DNA of 64,000 bases, from positions 406,184 to 470,183 of the forward strand of contig NW_003314272.1 in the NCBI RefSeq assembly GCF_000143415.4, in the 5' to 3' direction. This document shows, one piece after another, positions 1 to 14,280 of the stretch (position 1 is its first letter; the number at the start of each line of letters is the position of its first letter). The position numbers and the translations under genes are program-made. The notes below the pieces were generated by a model that saw only the letters and a list, made by a program, of their open reading frames with translations, did not search any database and was not told where the DNA came from. Source of the stretch: Selaginella moellendorffii (lineage: Eukaryota > Plantae > Lycopodiophyta).

Positions 1-891
1 AATGTCAGTTTAGCCCAGAAAGGCTATACCCAGATGTTGGGTGATGAGCTGACCACTGGGAAGTCCAAGGCTAGAGTGAATACAAACCGATAAACAAGGT
101 AACTTGGTGAAGTGTTCAAGAGCCGACTATAGTTCCCTTGGGAGATCGAATGGTCAATGCTCCTAGTCTAGTGTGGGTGGCACTACCTACTTAGATACTT
201 GACATGGCTCAACGGAACCTCACTCTAAGCCTATGGCTAGAGCACCCAAAGGCAGAAGGCAGGGAGAGTACCCACGAGGCTCGCGTAAGGCCATGGTGTT
301 CCGAAATGTTGTCCCAAAGTCCCAGACTGTGAAAAGGAAGAGGAGTAGTCCTCTAGTGTAGAGACCAAGTATATAGTCATGTGAGGAGGAAGTCCTAGAG
401 GACCGTAGGACTTAGTGGTTAGGCCTGTGGGCCTTGATTGAGTGGCAGTGTTGGCGAACACAACCATGGACAAAAGGGGATTTGGTGGGGACTGGAAAAG
501 GGATGTTTGGGAAGGCTATTCCCCATAGTTGCGAGGATCCTAAGGATGCTAAGGAGTGGATTTGGGATGATCACTCATGGATGGATGCCCTAGTCTTTGA
601 GAGACGGGACTGTGATGTAGGTGGTGTTAAACCACCAGTGTGACCAAGGTGAAGGGGCATGGCCTTAGTGTAACGGGCTGATATGTCGGTGGTACCTTGG
701 GGTGTCGGTCATAAAATCGAACACGTGGAGCACTTGGGCCAAGTGCAAAGGTTGAGTGGCGGGGATGCTATTCTTGGGGCTAGCAAGCCCAAGTCTGGAA
801 TAGGCTTATGGAGGTTATGAGTGACACTCCTCCAAGTGGTTAGAGGTGTGGTTAACTCACTAAAGTAGAATGGAAAAATTAGTCATTTATA
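1..891 (+). mobile_element. Family-A LTR, 3' portion (truncated by window start), diverged copy
   Basis: Colinear with 31615-32506. Ends ...aaattagtcatttata, matching ...aatttagtcgcttaca. No PBS follows; it abuts family-B internal sequence. Confidence 0.85.
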
Positions 892-3800
892 TGTTGATGA
901 TTTAGTTGTAGCTTTATGTTGTTAGCATTCGTACATTTGCTATTTAGCAATTGTATTGACATTCAAATGAACTGAGTAGCAAGTTGAGTTAGTTGTGTTC
1001 TAAATGAGATTGCTTAGTCAAAGTTAAGATTTGAGCTTTTCCTTGAAAAGGGATTTAGTCATAGACTATGCTAGCTTTACGAGAATAAGAGTTAATGAAT
1101 AATATTGGAATATTTGAATCTTTATTGGATTTGAGTTAGAATATATTGATCATTGATGATTCTTCTTATGCTTGTTATGAAGTGAGTTATGTCTGGCTAT
1201 AGATGGATTCATGGAGGATTGTTTAGTGATCACTTGTTGAACATAGCTCCATTGTGCTTAGCTTTTGAATTGATGCAGATGTGCTTTTTTTTAACTTTGC
1301 ATTATGAAGTTTAACTTATGGATGTGTTGAGGAGGATGTTATAGATTATGCCATGATTTCTTTTTTAGTATTGAAGTTAGTTCATTCAAGATTCATGATC
1401 ATTGTTATGCAAGACTTGGCTATAGACTTCTTCAAGTTTTTGGTTTCTTAAGTTTTCATGCTCATTATTCCATTTGTTAGAAGTTGTTGGGGGAAGGCAT
1501 TTTGGCTTATTAGCTTCGATGTTGAAGTTAGCTCTTGCATCTAGCAATCATTGGTGATGATTGACTATTATCTAGGATAGTTGATTATCCTTGTCAAAGG
1601 TTTAGCTTGATTATTATTGATATAAAATGATTTACTATTCTTTAGGATGGTAGATTCTTTCTTCGATGATGATTATGCATATATCGTTTTGATGGGATGA
1701 TTGATGATCTTTTATGATGGTTAGTTATTCTTTTTGATGGCTAATATCTTTTTGTATTACCACATGTTTTTTGTGGTTTGCTTTGGATTGGTCTTTTGGG
1801 TTTGAGACATTGGTAGGATGTTGCCGACACTTGTTTAAGCAACTTGAGTTCTTTAGTATTGTGACTGGGATCTATTCAGATTAGCTGGTGTGATAGTTGG
1901 CATGAATGAGTGTTTATTGGTCTTGCCACATTCATTTTGTTCTGTTGATTATTGCTTGAGTTAGTTTTGATAGATTAGAATGTTATTTCTTTTAGGTGAT
2001 ACATTTGCGAGCATTGTGCATACTAGTCGATGATACTTATGTTCTTTTAGTTGTCTTTTGTGAGTTGTTTCGCATGCTATCTGCAATCTTTGATAATTGT
2101 GTTTTGTCATTGAATGTCCTTGATGATATATTGGCTATTGATTTTTGTTGGATGGTGAATCCTATGTTTCCATAAATGATGATCTTGGTGGCTCCTATAC
2201 TATCATTCTAGTTTATTGGATGATAACTTATTTGGAATACTTTTATGTTCTAATCTAAGATATACTCACTGATAATTAAGACTCTAAGATATCATTGTCT
2301 CCAGCTATTAATCTTTGAGTTGGGCCAGTATAGGCAGATTGGTTTCGGCACTTCTTGTGCATGGTGATATCTCTAGTCATGGGGTAGCTACTGTTGATAA
2401 GTCACATAACCCGCCACTTGTTCAAAGGGCGTGTGTGTAAACAACTTTAACTGCATGTTTACAATAGTTTATTTAAACCTTACTGACGGGTTTGGTTTCT
2501 TTGCTTAAGAGGGTTGGGGCTTCTAGCTTCTCTCACTATATCCCTGTGGGTAGGGGCATATCACACTTTTGTAAGCTGGGTGACAACTAGAGTAGCAAGG
2601 GTGGCTAACTTCGTTGGTCATTTCCTTATCAGTAACAGCTAGAAGGTGTTTGAGCTGGTACCCCATCTGCGTTAAACAAAGAGGTTGCTTCCTAACTCAT
2701 TTAATTTGGTGCATTTCTCATATAGTGTGAATACCGTGAACTTTTTCTGGAGTTGTTTCCTTGGCAGTATTCTAGACTCAAGTATGCATCGACAAAGACG
2801 TCGATCTTCCCTAGGGTGGGAGAGTGTCTCAAATGTGACTTTAGGTATCGAAAGTTACCTGTTGGCCAGTCCTTATGGACACTCTTTCCTTACTGCCACA
2901 ATGGCAGGAGGTCGGTATTGCTGGACTTTTTATTAGTCCCTCTTGTTCAAGTGTTAGTAAACTGGACTTTGCATCTCTACTTAGCCGGACAAGCATAAGG
3001 AAGGAATTTCTAAGTGTTTATTTAGCCAAGCATATTTAGCCTGGTTTGTTAGTTCTCTTTTTCTTTGTCTTGCATTGTCTTGACAAAAACCCTCGTGTAT
3101 TGAGACTAGTCCCTCAATATCGCTGGATGATAGCTTACTATGTCTGCCAAACACCCTTGTTATCATACCCTTTGTGTTAGTCTCATTTCGGTCCCAAATG
3201 CTATTTATGGAAAGTGTCCAGATTTGCTCATTTGGCATATCTATGGAATGTAGAGATTGTCCTAAACACAATGGTGTTCGTCCCGTGTCCAAATTTGCAA
3301 TCTAAGGACATTCTATATTTAGTAAGTTTCAAGCTTGTCCCAAAGACTAACTCTTGATACTAAGGGAGGCTTGGGGTGAAAGCCCAAAGCGTGTGTTTTC
3401 TGGGGGGGTGGTTCCAACTATATAGTAGGGGTAGGGATAGTGGGTTAGTCAGGTATAGCCGACCAACCTGAGGCATAGTCTAGCTTTCATTTGTATGCTT
3501 GTCCTTGTTCTATGTCTAGTTTGGGTCTAAGCCCAAATTCCATTCCATGCTAGCTGATGGAGTACCCATATCCTCACGTTAGGCCACTAGTATGCTGAAA
3601 TAGCGCCAGACTCCATTTGGCTCCGTTTTGTATATTAGTCATAGCATTGGGATGTTGGTTGCTCTAGGATTGTTCCAAGTTGCTCTGGGCTCTTGTCCCT
3701 TCACTCCTTGGGCTATATGCTCGGGAGTCATTCCATGCCCTAATGCCATTGCTCTTTGGCTCCATACTTGGGAGTTTAGCACCATTCCTTCATTCAAATG

Positions 3801-3963
3801 CCCAAGGCCCAGAAACTCGGGTTCCACACCACTATCCTTTGGACATGTGGCATGTGACACATGGCATTTGTCATGTGGCACAAAGAGGGTTTAAGTTCCT
3901 CTTTGTGGTGTTATCCTATGGTAAATCACCATAGAATAAAGGGTAAAAACCACGTGTGCTACA
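892..3963 (+). mobile_element. Family-B LTR element, 3' half: non-coding internal region, PPT 2813-2824, 3' LTR 2825-3963
   Basis: 892-2824 is the reverse complement of ~52523-54490. PPT agggtgggagag precedes TGTCTCAAATGTGAC...CACGTGTGCTACA, which is colinear with solo LTR 62316-63457. Confidence 0.85.
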
Positions 3964-4367
3964 TATGTGCATGATGACAATGAAGATCATGCATTGTGAT
4001 CGAGCCAAGTGCATGGACGTTGGTTTGTTCTACTGGATGAGCATGTAGTTCTTGATGAAGTCAAATATAGTAAATCTTGAATCTAGTTTTTGTGATTTCT
4101 GAATTGCAAGGCTAGCCATCAAGCTATATGAGCATGGGGGATGTAAGTTGCATGCTGCTGGTGGAAGGCATGAAGGAGCACATTTACACTTATTTTGCTA
4201 GTCTCTAGTGCCATTTTGTGATGATTCCATGGTTTACCTCCATCAAGGACATAATAGCTTCATCAACTCAACACAATGGAATAGATTTAGCCCATATCAT
4301 CCATATTGTCCTACTACATGGTTACGTATGTTATATAGAATCCTTCAGCCTTGGACACAAAGCATAG

Positions 4368-7147
4368 TGTAATATATGTGGTTTTCACCCTTTACCCTAT
4401 AGTGTTTTATCGTAGGATAACCACGAAGTAGAACCTAAACCCTTTATGTGCCACGTGTCACATGCCACGTGCTACATACCATGTGTCCAATGGACAGTGG
4501 AATGGAACCCAAGTTTCAAGGCCTTGTGCCACTGAACAAGGAATAATGCCAAATTCCCAAGCATGGAGCCAAGAAGCAATGGCACTAAAGCATAGAACGA
4601 ATCTTGAGCATATAGCCCAAGGAGTGAAGGGACAAGAGCTTGGATCAATCCTAGAGAACCTAGCACCCCAATGCCAGGACTAGTATGCAAAACAAAGTTA
4701 AACAAAGTCTAGCACTATTTCAATATACTAGTGGCTAACGTAAGGATATGGCTACTCCACCAACTAGCATGAAATGGAACTTGGGCTTAGACCCAAGCTA
4801 AACACAGAACAAGGACAAGCACGCAAGCGAGAGTTATACTATGTCTCAGGCTGGTCAGCTATAGCCGACCTACCCACTATCCCTACTACACACTTGGAAC
4901 CCCCCATAGCCCCGTCCCCCCCTTGAGGAACACACGTTTTGGGCTTTCACCCCAAACCTCCTTTAGTACTAGGAGTTAGTCTTTAGAACAAGCTTGAACT
5001 TACTAAATACTAGATTGCAAATTTGGATATGGGATGAACACTATTGCGTTCAGGACAATCTTTACATTCTATATATATGCTAAATGAGCAAATCTAGACA
5101 CTTTCCATAAATAGCATTTGGGACTAAAATGAGACTAACAAAAAGGGCATGATAGCAAAGGTATTTGGCAAACACGGTAAGCTATCATCCAATGATATTG
5201 AGGGATTAGTCTCAATATGTGAGGGTTTTTGTCAAGCCAGTGCAAGACAAAGTAAAAGAGAATTAAGAGCCAAGCCGAGTATGCTCAACTAGAAACACAT
5301 AGAAGTTCCTACCTTATGTCCATTTAATTAAATATAGGTGTTAAGCCCAGTTTACTAACACTTGAAAAACAAGGGTTGATAAAGGGAACTAACAATACCA
5401 ACCTCATGCCGTTATGGTAGTCAGGAAAGAATATTCGAAAGGACAACCCACAGGTAACTTTCGATACCCGAAGTCACATTCGCGACACTCTCCCCCCCTT
5501 AAGGAAGATTGACATCCTTGTTGATGCATACCCTAATCTAGACCACTGCCAAGGAAACAACTTCAGAAAAAGTTCACGGTATTCACACTATATGAGAAAT
5601 GCCCCAACTTAAATGAGTTAGGAAGCAACCTCTTTGTCTAACGCAGATGGGCTACTAGCTTAGACACCTTCTGGCCGTTGCTAACAAGGAAATGACCAAC
5701 GGAGTTAACCAACCTTGCTACTCTGGTATCATCTAGCTTACAAAAGTGTGATACACCCCTGCTCGTAGGGACATAGAGAGAGAAGCTAAAGGCCCCAACC
5801 CTCTTGAGCAAAGAAACCAAGCCTGTCGGTAAGGTTTAGATAGACTATTGTAAATAGGCAGTTAGAGTTGTTTACATGGTCACACCTTTTGAACGGAATA
5901 AGGACCATTGATAGAGAGGTGGGTTATATGACCAGTCGACAATAGCATGCTTAAGTAACGAACGAACATCATACCTATATCTCCAAATTCAACATCGACA
6001 TCCGCAAAATGCAAAATGAACATCTAAGGCTTGATCATGAAGACCATATCTTCGGATATCCATATTGCACTAACACTCTTCTTCAACCATTTTCAAGATC
6101 CAATGTGAAGCCAAAACACTAACAAGAAAAATGACATGAAAATCTAGGTCTAAGGAAAATTCTTCATCACTTAAAATAGCAATACCACTTTTACTAACAC
6201 AAGTGCTAACAATGTTAATACCTCAACTACACACCTTCTCCATCCAACAATCTACTCCAAATGCTAATAGATAAACCAATAAGCTATAGCAAGTGAATGC
6301 TATTACCCTTTCCAACATGGCAAACTCTCACGGAAACAGAGTACCAACTTAAACTTAGCATAATGGACCACTATCAAGAATTTAGTCAAGACTACTTCAA
6401 TGTTACTACATGTAAGTAGATTAACTTCACCATCAACCACCTTGGGGTTAATCATCATTTACCCAAACAATTTCGTAAACACATTACTCATTATCACATC
6501 TTCATCCTTGATAACTCTCTTTTTGGTCTCATCTTTAACTAAACCTCAAGCTTGTGTTCACACTTATAGCGCATGTGATCATGGGATGAGATTTGGATAT
6601 ATTGTCACCATGGATTCTTGGAACCTTGGGGGATAAATGAGGATAAAATAGCCACTAAAAGCTCTTTCATCAAGCAATTGCCCCTTTTCTAGTTGGCTTA
6701 AGGGGAGAGAGATAAAGTGTGCTACAACACTGCCTTCAGTCCAATCTAAGAAAAGTTTATGAGAGAGCACGGCAATGACTACTTGAACCAATAGACTAAT
6801 CCCTACAGTCTTGGTCGATTCACTTATAATTATACTTAGGAAAGATCCACTAGTGCCGTGCTAAACTAAAGACCAGCCTATTTGCCACTCATAGCAAACC
6901 CAGGGAAGGTTTACTTTCACCCACGATACACGGAACAACTCATGGAACCACTGATAGGCTAACATTAATCCTGCCAACTCAATGCATAACCTTGAGTTGC
7001 TAATATGCGTTTCTCACAAGCCCAAGCTCAAACTTGTGCGGAATGGTACACCTCAAATCTATTTTTCCAACTCAAAGTGTAACCAAATTCCTGTAAGGAA
7101 CCAACTCCCAGAGGTGTCAAAGCTTAAAGGATTCCCAAAGGCATAAC
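4368..7147 (-). mobile_element. Family-B LTR element, 3' part (LTR 4368-5487, PPT 5488-5500, internal remnant)
   Basis: Colinear with 51394-52522 and parts of 52523-55750. Purine tract (minus strand) adjoins the LTR. Confidence 0.8.
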
Positions 7148-7169
7148 TAAAATGATAAAGAGTTCATCG

Positions 7170-7670
7170 GATGAGACCGAGTCCAAAATTGAGTTCGAGA
7201 CCGACTCCGAGATCTGATATCAGATTCAAGGCCAAGTCTGAGATCGAGTCTGAGACAGAGTCCGAGGTTGGGTCTGAGATCGAGTCCAAGATTGAGTCTA
7301 AGACTGAGTCCAAAGTCAAGTCCGAGATCAAGTCCGAGATTGAGTTCGAGACCGAGTCTGAATACTAATATAGGATATAGGTCGTGGGGTGAAAGCCTAA
7401 AGTGTGTGTCTCCCGGGGGGGGGAGGGTTGTAGGGGGTTCCAAAAGTATAGTAGGGATAGTGAGGTCTAGGAACTAGTCTTGAAGGAACTCTCCAATGGT
7501 GCTTCCAAACTGACTTGAGGTTGAGATTGGGGTTGAGTGTGGGGTTGAGTGGCCTTGGGTGGGAGAGTATACACTTGGGTGGTGCCCGAGGGGCCACCCA
7601 AGGAAGTGCTCAAGAGCAGCTCCCACTCCCAAAAGGGAAACCGACTACGGTGCTCTCGGCTCATGTGGAG
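7170..7670 (+). mobile_element. Family-C (family-A-related) LTR fragment with decayed GAGTCC/GAGACC array
   Basis: Hexamer array followed by the GGGTGAAAGCC module. 7485-7668 matches 40491-40663. Confidence 0.65.
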
Positions 7671-7671
7671 T

Positions 7672-8315
7672 TGTCACAAATGTGACTTCGGGTATCGAAA
7701 GTTACCTGTCGGCCAGTCCTTATGGACACTCTTTCCTTATTATCATGATGGCATGAGATCGATATTGCTAGACCCTTTATTAGTCCCTCTTGTGCTAGTG
7801 GAGTTAACTGGGCATTTCGAGTGTACTTAGACCAGACAAGCATAAGGACGGAATTTCTACGTGTTATTAGCTAAGCATACTTAGCCCGGTAAGGAGTTCT
7901 TGTCTCATTTTGTCTTGCACTTGCTAGTGACAAGAATTGAGACTAGTCCCTCAATATCGCTGGTGTGAGACACAAATCCCTAAACCCCAAAGTGGAGCCA
8001 AAAGGGTGCCACGTGATAGTGGCCGAAGCGAATGCCAAATGAGCGTAACACATTTGAACTAAAAGCTCTGACTTCAAAGGTTGAGAGCGGGAGTGGAACT
8101 CCCAATGAAATGCTTAAGGAATAAGCACAAAGTGAGCAATAAATGAGTCTCTAGAAAAAGGACACAAGAGGATCAACACATGACATGAGATGGAGTCCGA
8201 GATGGACCCAAGATGGAGTCCGAGATGGAGTCTAAGATGGATCCAAGATGGAGTTCGAGATGGACCCGAGATGGAGTTCGAGATGGACCTGAGATGGAGT
8301 CTAAGATGGACCTGA
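7672..8315 (+). mobile_element. Adjacent LTR fragments: family-B 5' end (7672-7963), then family-A 5' end (7964-8315)
   Basis: Start motifs TGTCACAAATGTGAC and TGTGAGACACAAATCCC match the intact LTR starts. Confidence 0.75.
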
Positions 8316-8319
8316 GTGG

Positions 8320-10445
8320 GCTACTTTTGCTCCTAGGACTATCTATCCATATGATGAGAATATCGACTCATCCTCTAAGTACACCCCCAACTCCTTGGGT
8401 TGTTTCAGCATTTATAAAAGGTAGCTCTAGCTACTATTTTAAGGATTTATGTCCTCATTTATATTTGACTTTCTACGGTTATTAATTTTGATATCAAATT
8501 CATGAGTACCAACCTCAACTATATAAGGATAATCTTGTTATTCCTTTATTGTTTTAAAGTCTTTATCTTTCCCATGATCCCAACTATAGTTGATTACTAC
8601 AATTATATTAGCAGTTTGATAAATCAAACACTCATCTAAATCACATCCTCAATGCTCTAGGGAAAACCTTATATTGTTCATAAGATCCCAAAGTCATTCT
8701 CTTCTTGGCCCTTTTCTATCCACCATCTTGCCTGCACATTCAAACATGAACTATAGTGGAGAGCCATGTCCTCCTGACCTACTACTCCTTAAGGATAAAC
8801 TCACTCCTAGAACCTTTCGATGCCAACACAAGTGATGATATATTTGAGAACCAATGAAAGTCAGACTAAGGAACAACTCTGATACCAAATTGTAAGCGAC
8901 TAAATTTTCCTTTCTATTTTAATCACTTAACCACACTTATAACCACTTGGAGGAGTCTTACTCACAACCTCCATAAGTCCTATTCCTCACTTGGGGCTTG
9001 TTAGCCCTAAAAATGGCATCCATGCCACTCAACCTTTACACTTAGTCCAAATGCTCCATATGTCCGATCCCATAACCAACACCCAAATGTACCACCAATA
9101 TATCAGCCTGTTACGCTACCCATTCACCTTTGTCACACTAGTGATCCAATACTACCTATATCATAGTTCTGTCTCTCAAAGAGTGATCATCCTAGATTCA
9201 CTCCTTAGCATCCTTAAGATACTCACAAACATGAGGAATAACCTTCCCCAATATCCCTTTTTTGGTCCCCACCAAGTCCCTTTTTGTCCATGGCCGTGTT
9301 TGCTAACACTGCCATTGAGTTAAGGCCCATAGGCCTAACCACTAAGTCCCACTATCCTTTGGGACTTCCTCACCATGTGACCGCATCCTTGGTCACTACA
9401 TCAGAGGACTACTCCTCTTCTTTTCCACAATTTGGGATTTTGGGACAACATTTTAGAACATTGTGGCTTTATGCAAGCCTCATAGGTACTCTCACCACCT
9501 TCCGCCTTTGGGTGCTTTAGCCATGAGGCTAGAATGAGGTTTTGTTGAGCCATACTAGGTATCCAAGTAGGCATTGGACTAGGAGCATTGACCATTTGAT
9601 CTCCCAAGGGAACTAGAGTTGGCTCTTGAACACTTCACCAAACTACCCCACTTGTAAATTTGTATTCACTCTAGGCTTGGACTTCTTATTAGGTATATCA
9701 TCACCCAACACGTGGGCATAGCCTTCCTAGGTCACACTTGCCTTTCCTAGCCAAATTGGCTCCACTAGGGTCCAACCCCCACACTCTCCCTACTATAATT
9801 TGGAACCCCTTGCATCCCACCCGCCAAGGGGATGATCGTTTGTATTAGTATTTGGACTCAGACTAAGACTTGGACTCAGACTTGGTCTCGGCTTCTATTT
9901 CAGACTCAAACTCGGTCTCAGTCTCGGTTTCGGAGTCAGTCTCGGTCTTGGTCTTGGTCTCTATCTCAGTTCCATCTCTGACTCCATCTCGGGTCCATCT
10001 TGGACTCCATCTTAGGTCCATCTCAGACTCCATTTCAGACTCCATCTCAGGTCCATCTCAGACTCTATTTCAAACTCCATTTTAAACTGCATCTCAAACT
10101 CCATCTTGGACTATATCTTGGACTCCATCTCAGACTGCATCTCGAACTCCATCTCGGACTCCATCTTTGGTCCATCTCGGACTCAGACTTGGACTCAGAC
10201 TCAGTCTCAGACTTAGACTTGGTCTCGGATTCAGACTCAGTCTCGGTCTCGGTCTCGGTCTTGGTCTTGGTCTCGGTCTTAGTCTCGGTCTTGGTCTCGG
10301 TCTCGGTATCAGTCTCAGTCTTGGTTCCATCTCAAACTCCATCTCAGACTCCATTTCAGACTCCATCTTGGGTCCATCTCGAAGTCCATCTCGGGTCCAT
10401 CTCGAACTCCATCTCAAACTCCATTTGGAGTCCATCTTGAATTCC
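8320..10445 (-). mobile_element. Older family-A element, 5' part: LTR 8891-~10445, PBS 8877-8887, start of internal region
   Basis: Colinear with 46440-48500. Minus-strand TGGTATCAGAG (tRNA-iMet PBS) lies next to the LTR end. Confidence 0.85.
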
Positions 10446-10449
10446 ATCA

Positions 10450-11290
10450 GATAGAGATTTGATATTTACGGGGAAGTTTTGGGGCACATTATTCTAATTA
10501 TTTAGTACCAAGTTGAAGTTTAGTACAGCTTATCATCCTTACACCGATAAGCAGACTAAATGGGTGAATGGTCAAGTTGAGGATTATCTATAGTACTATA
10601 CCACGTTAGACCAACACAATTGGGTTGATAGCAGAAATTTGTTATAACAACATATTTCATAGTGTTATTGGTTATTCTTCATAGGAGATGCTATAAGGGA
10701 ATACTTCTGGAGTTCCTTAGCAGATTGTTTACCAAAACTAATGTCCAAAATGTTGGTCTCGACTATTGAGACTTATGTGGAGCAATTGTGCAAAGGTTAG
10801 TCAAGAGTGATCAAGGCAATGGGCAAAGCTCAGAATAGGTATTGGCATGATAAAGATCACATCATTGGGATGTAACCTATCAAGTGGAGGACCTAGTATA
10901 GTTATCTTTATGAAGCTTGAATGTAAAGGGATTTTTGTCTTGAAAGCTATTATCAAGATATGTTGGTCCCTATCAAATTGGTGATATATTGGTTGATCTT
11001 CCAATGGAAATATCTAATATTCATAATGTGTTTCATGCCAATTTATTGACACCATACACTATAGATATTGCACACCAAAGGGAGATTTGTCCACCACTGA
11101 AAGTTGTGGGTAATGAACTTAAATATAGAGTTGAAAGCATTTTATCATGTTATCGAAAATGTGGTGGTCACATCAAAGAATATTTAGTTAAATGGAAAGG
11201 TTACCCATCTTGTGAATCAACTTAGGAGCCCTTTAGTAATTATACACATGCCCATGGGCTTGTCACGGAGTATAACAATCATAATAAAAT
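10450..11290 (+). pseudogene. Ty3/gypsy (chromovirus) integrase C-terminus plus chromodomain, degenerate
   Basis: KFSTAYHPYTDKQT integrase motif; VFHANLL; chromodomain YRVESIL...EYLVKWKGYPSCEST. Stops and frameshifts present. Confidence 0.9.
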
Positions 11291-12510
11291 ATAGCTTTTG
11301 TAAATCTTTGTAATAAATCTTACAAATTACTAAAGTAATATATTTCCAATAAATATTTCTCTTGTTTGTTAGTTTTGGGTCAATTTTAGCAAGTTAACTT
11401 CTGCACTTTGGTGCATGGGCTTTAATCCATAATCATGGTGATAATTATTATAGACTAATCACAAGTTCCCACCTTTGTCTTGTTGACCCATTTTTGAAAA
11501 AGGGTGTGGTCATGTAAAAAACTTCATCTGCCATTTTATAATAGTTGTCTCAATCTTCTCAATGGGGTTGATTTGTGCTCAAAAGAGTTAGGCTTTTAGT
11601 TCTCTCTCTATATCCTTGCAAGTAGGGGTGTATCAGTCCTTTGTAAGATAAGTAATACTTAGAGCAACAAGGATGGCTAGCTCTATTAGTGATTTCCTTA
11701 TTAGTGATAGCCGAAGGGTGATTGAGTATTAACGTCTTTGGATGTAGAGAAGAGGTAGTTCCTAGTCAGTGTGTTTCCCATAAAATATGCATTCCGTTAA
11801 TTTTTGAAGTTGTTTCCTTGATGATTTGCAAGACTAAAATATGCATAAAGGAGGATATCAATCTTCCCCAAAGAAGGGAGAGTGTCACGAATGTGACTTT
11901 AGGTTTTGAAAGATATTTGTTAATCCTTAAGGACAATCTCTCCTTACTACCACAACAATAAAAGGTTGGTATTGCTAGTTCTTTTTATGGTCTCCACCCA
12001 AGTTAGTTGAGAAATTGGTCATCACATATGCACTTGACTAGATGAGCATAAAAACAGAATTCCTAAATGCTATTAGTCAAACATACTTGATTTGATTGAC
12101 TTATTTGTTGACTTACTTTTTGTGTCCGCTAGACACCTTTGCTATCATGCCTTATATGGGGGTCCTATTCCAGTTTTATATGCTATTTATGATAAGTGTT
12201 TAGATCCATTCAAGAGGTATATCTATGGAATATAGAGAGTGTCGTAAACCCCATGGTGTTATTCCTCCACTCTAATTCATAATCTAGTGAGATGGATATC
12301 CCATTGACAAATATAGCATGGAGCTTGGGCTTAGACCTAGATGTAGAACAAAAAACAACACAGCTTAGTGGAAGCTAAACTAATATCTCCCAACCACTAT
12401 CCTTACTATACATTTAGAACCCACCTTCCCCCATGCCTAAGGAACACACACTTTAAACTTTCACCCCAATCCCAAGAATTAATCTTTAGGATAAGTGTGA
12501 AAACTTACTA
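11290..12510 (+). mobile_element. 3' UTR, PPT and family-B-like LTR (from 11883) of that chromovirus; inverted LTR fragment at ~12310-12505
   Basis: aagaagggagag then TGTCACGAATGTGAC. The upstream ~400 bp resembles the family-B 3' internal region. Confidence 0.7.
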
Positions 12511-13134
12511 TATATAGAATGGCCCTGCAGAAGTTGTAATGAGACATGGCATGGAAGGCACTATAGCAATCACTTTTTTCACCATTTGAATGAATAGGAA
12601 ATAAGAAACTGCCAAAATAAGATCATATCCTCCTCCTCCAGAAAGAATAATTACAAAATTTAAATACTCCATCACAATCTCTATAGTATGGGAGATGATG
12701 CCAAGGAAGAATTGTGGAGCTATGGCATGCTGTGCACTACTATAGAAGGAGCTTGTAATCTTTGGGAAAACAACACTATGATTTCTCCAAAGAGACATGA
12801 TGTCCTCAAGATTGGTGGCACTTGCCATACTAAGCACTATCTGGTGTACAATGTCCTCAGTTACTGAAAACCTGAATGTTGGTTGTCCGGATTGGCATGG
12901 TTGCCTTTAGAAGATTGTGACCTATGTAAAATGACTTTGGGAATTCAATACTTGCTGTTGTGTCCACCATATGCAAATGGTGCATAGGGTTGAGAGCTTT
13001 AGACACTTATGCATCTCTGCCCATCTAAATCCTTGCATCTGCAATTATGACTTGTGCTCAAAGACTAGATGCTTTCCTTCCATTGGATGTCTTAATAATT
13101 TAGTTGATTGTGTTGTTCAAGTGTTAGTTCCATT

Positions 13135-14280
13135 CCATACTAGCTTGTTTACAAAAGTCTATCTAAACCTTACTGATGGGTTTGGTTTCTTTACTCAGGA
13201 GGGTTGGGGCCTTTGGCTTCTCTCTCTATGTCCCTACGAGCAGGGGTGTATCACACTTTTGTAAGTTGGGTGACACCCCAAGCAGCAAAGCTAGCTAACT
13301 CCATTGGTCATTTCTTTGTCGGTGACAACTGAAAGGTCTTTGAGCTAGTAACACATCTGCGTTAGACAAAGAGGCTACCTTATAACTCATTTAAGTTGGT
13401 GTATTTCTCACATAGTCTGATCACCGTGAACTTTTTCTAGAGTTGTTTCCTTGGCGGTGGTCTAGATTAAAGTATGCATCGATAAAGACATTGATCGTCC
13501 CTAAGGGGGGGAGAGTGTTGCAAATGTGACTTCGGGTATCAAAATTTACTTATCGGCCAGTCCTTTTGGATATTCTTTCCTTACTGCCATGATAGCAGGA
13601 GGTTGGTATTGCTGGTTCCCTTTATCATGCCCTCTTGTTCAAGTGTTAATAAATTGGGTTTAGCACTTGTACTTAGCTAAATAGACATAAGGTAGGAATT
13701 CCTATGTATTTCTAGCTGAGCATATTTAGTTTGGCTCTTAGTTCTTTTTTGCTCTGTCTTGCACTAGCTTGATAAGAACCCTCACGTATTGAGACTAATC
13801 CCTCAATATTGCTAGACGATAGCTTACCGTGTTTACCAAACACCCTCACTATCATGCCCTTTTTATTAGTCTTATTTCAGTCTTAAATACTATTTATAGA
13901 AAGTGTCTAGATTTGCTCATTTAGCATATTTACAGAATGTAGAGATGGTCCTAAACGCAATGGTGTTCGTCCCATGTCTAAATTTGCAATTTAGGGATAT
14001 TCCATATTTAGTAAGTTTCAAGCTTGTCCCAGAGATTAACTCTTGGTACTAAGGGAGGCTTGGGGTGAAAGCCCAAAGCATGTATTCCTCAACCTTAGGC
14101 CATCAATATACTGAAATAGCGTTAGACTCCATTTAGCTTCATTTTGCATACTGGTCCTGACATTGGGATGCTAGTTGCTCTAGGATAGATCCAAGTTACT
14201 CCGAGCTCTTGTCCCTTTGCTCTTTGTGCTATATGCTCAGGAGTCATTTTGTGCTCCAGTGCCATTGCTTGGGAGTTTGG
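13135..14280 (+). mobile_element. Family-B 3' internal region, PPT and partial LTR (from 13516)
   Basis: Colinear with 2455-3790. Interrupted at 14281 by another LTR. Confidence 0.85.
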
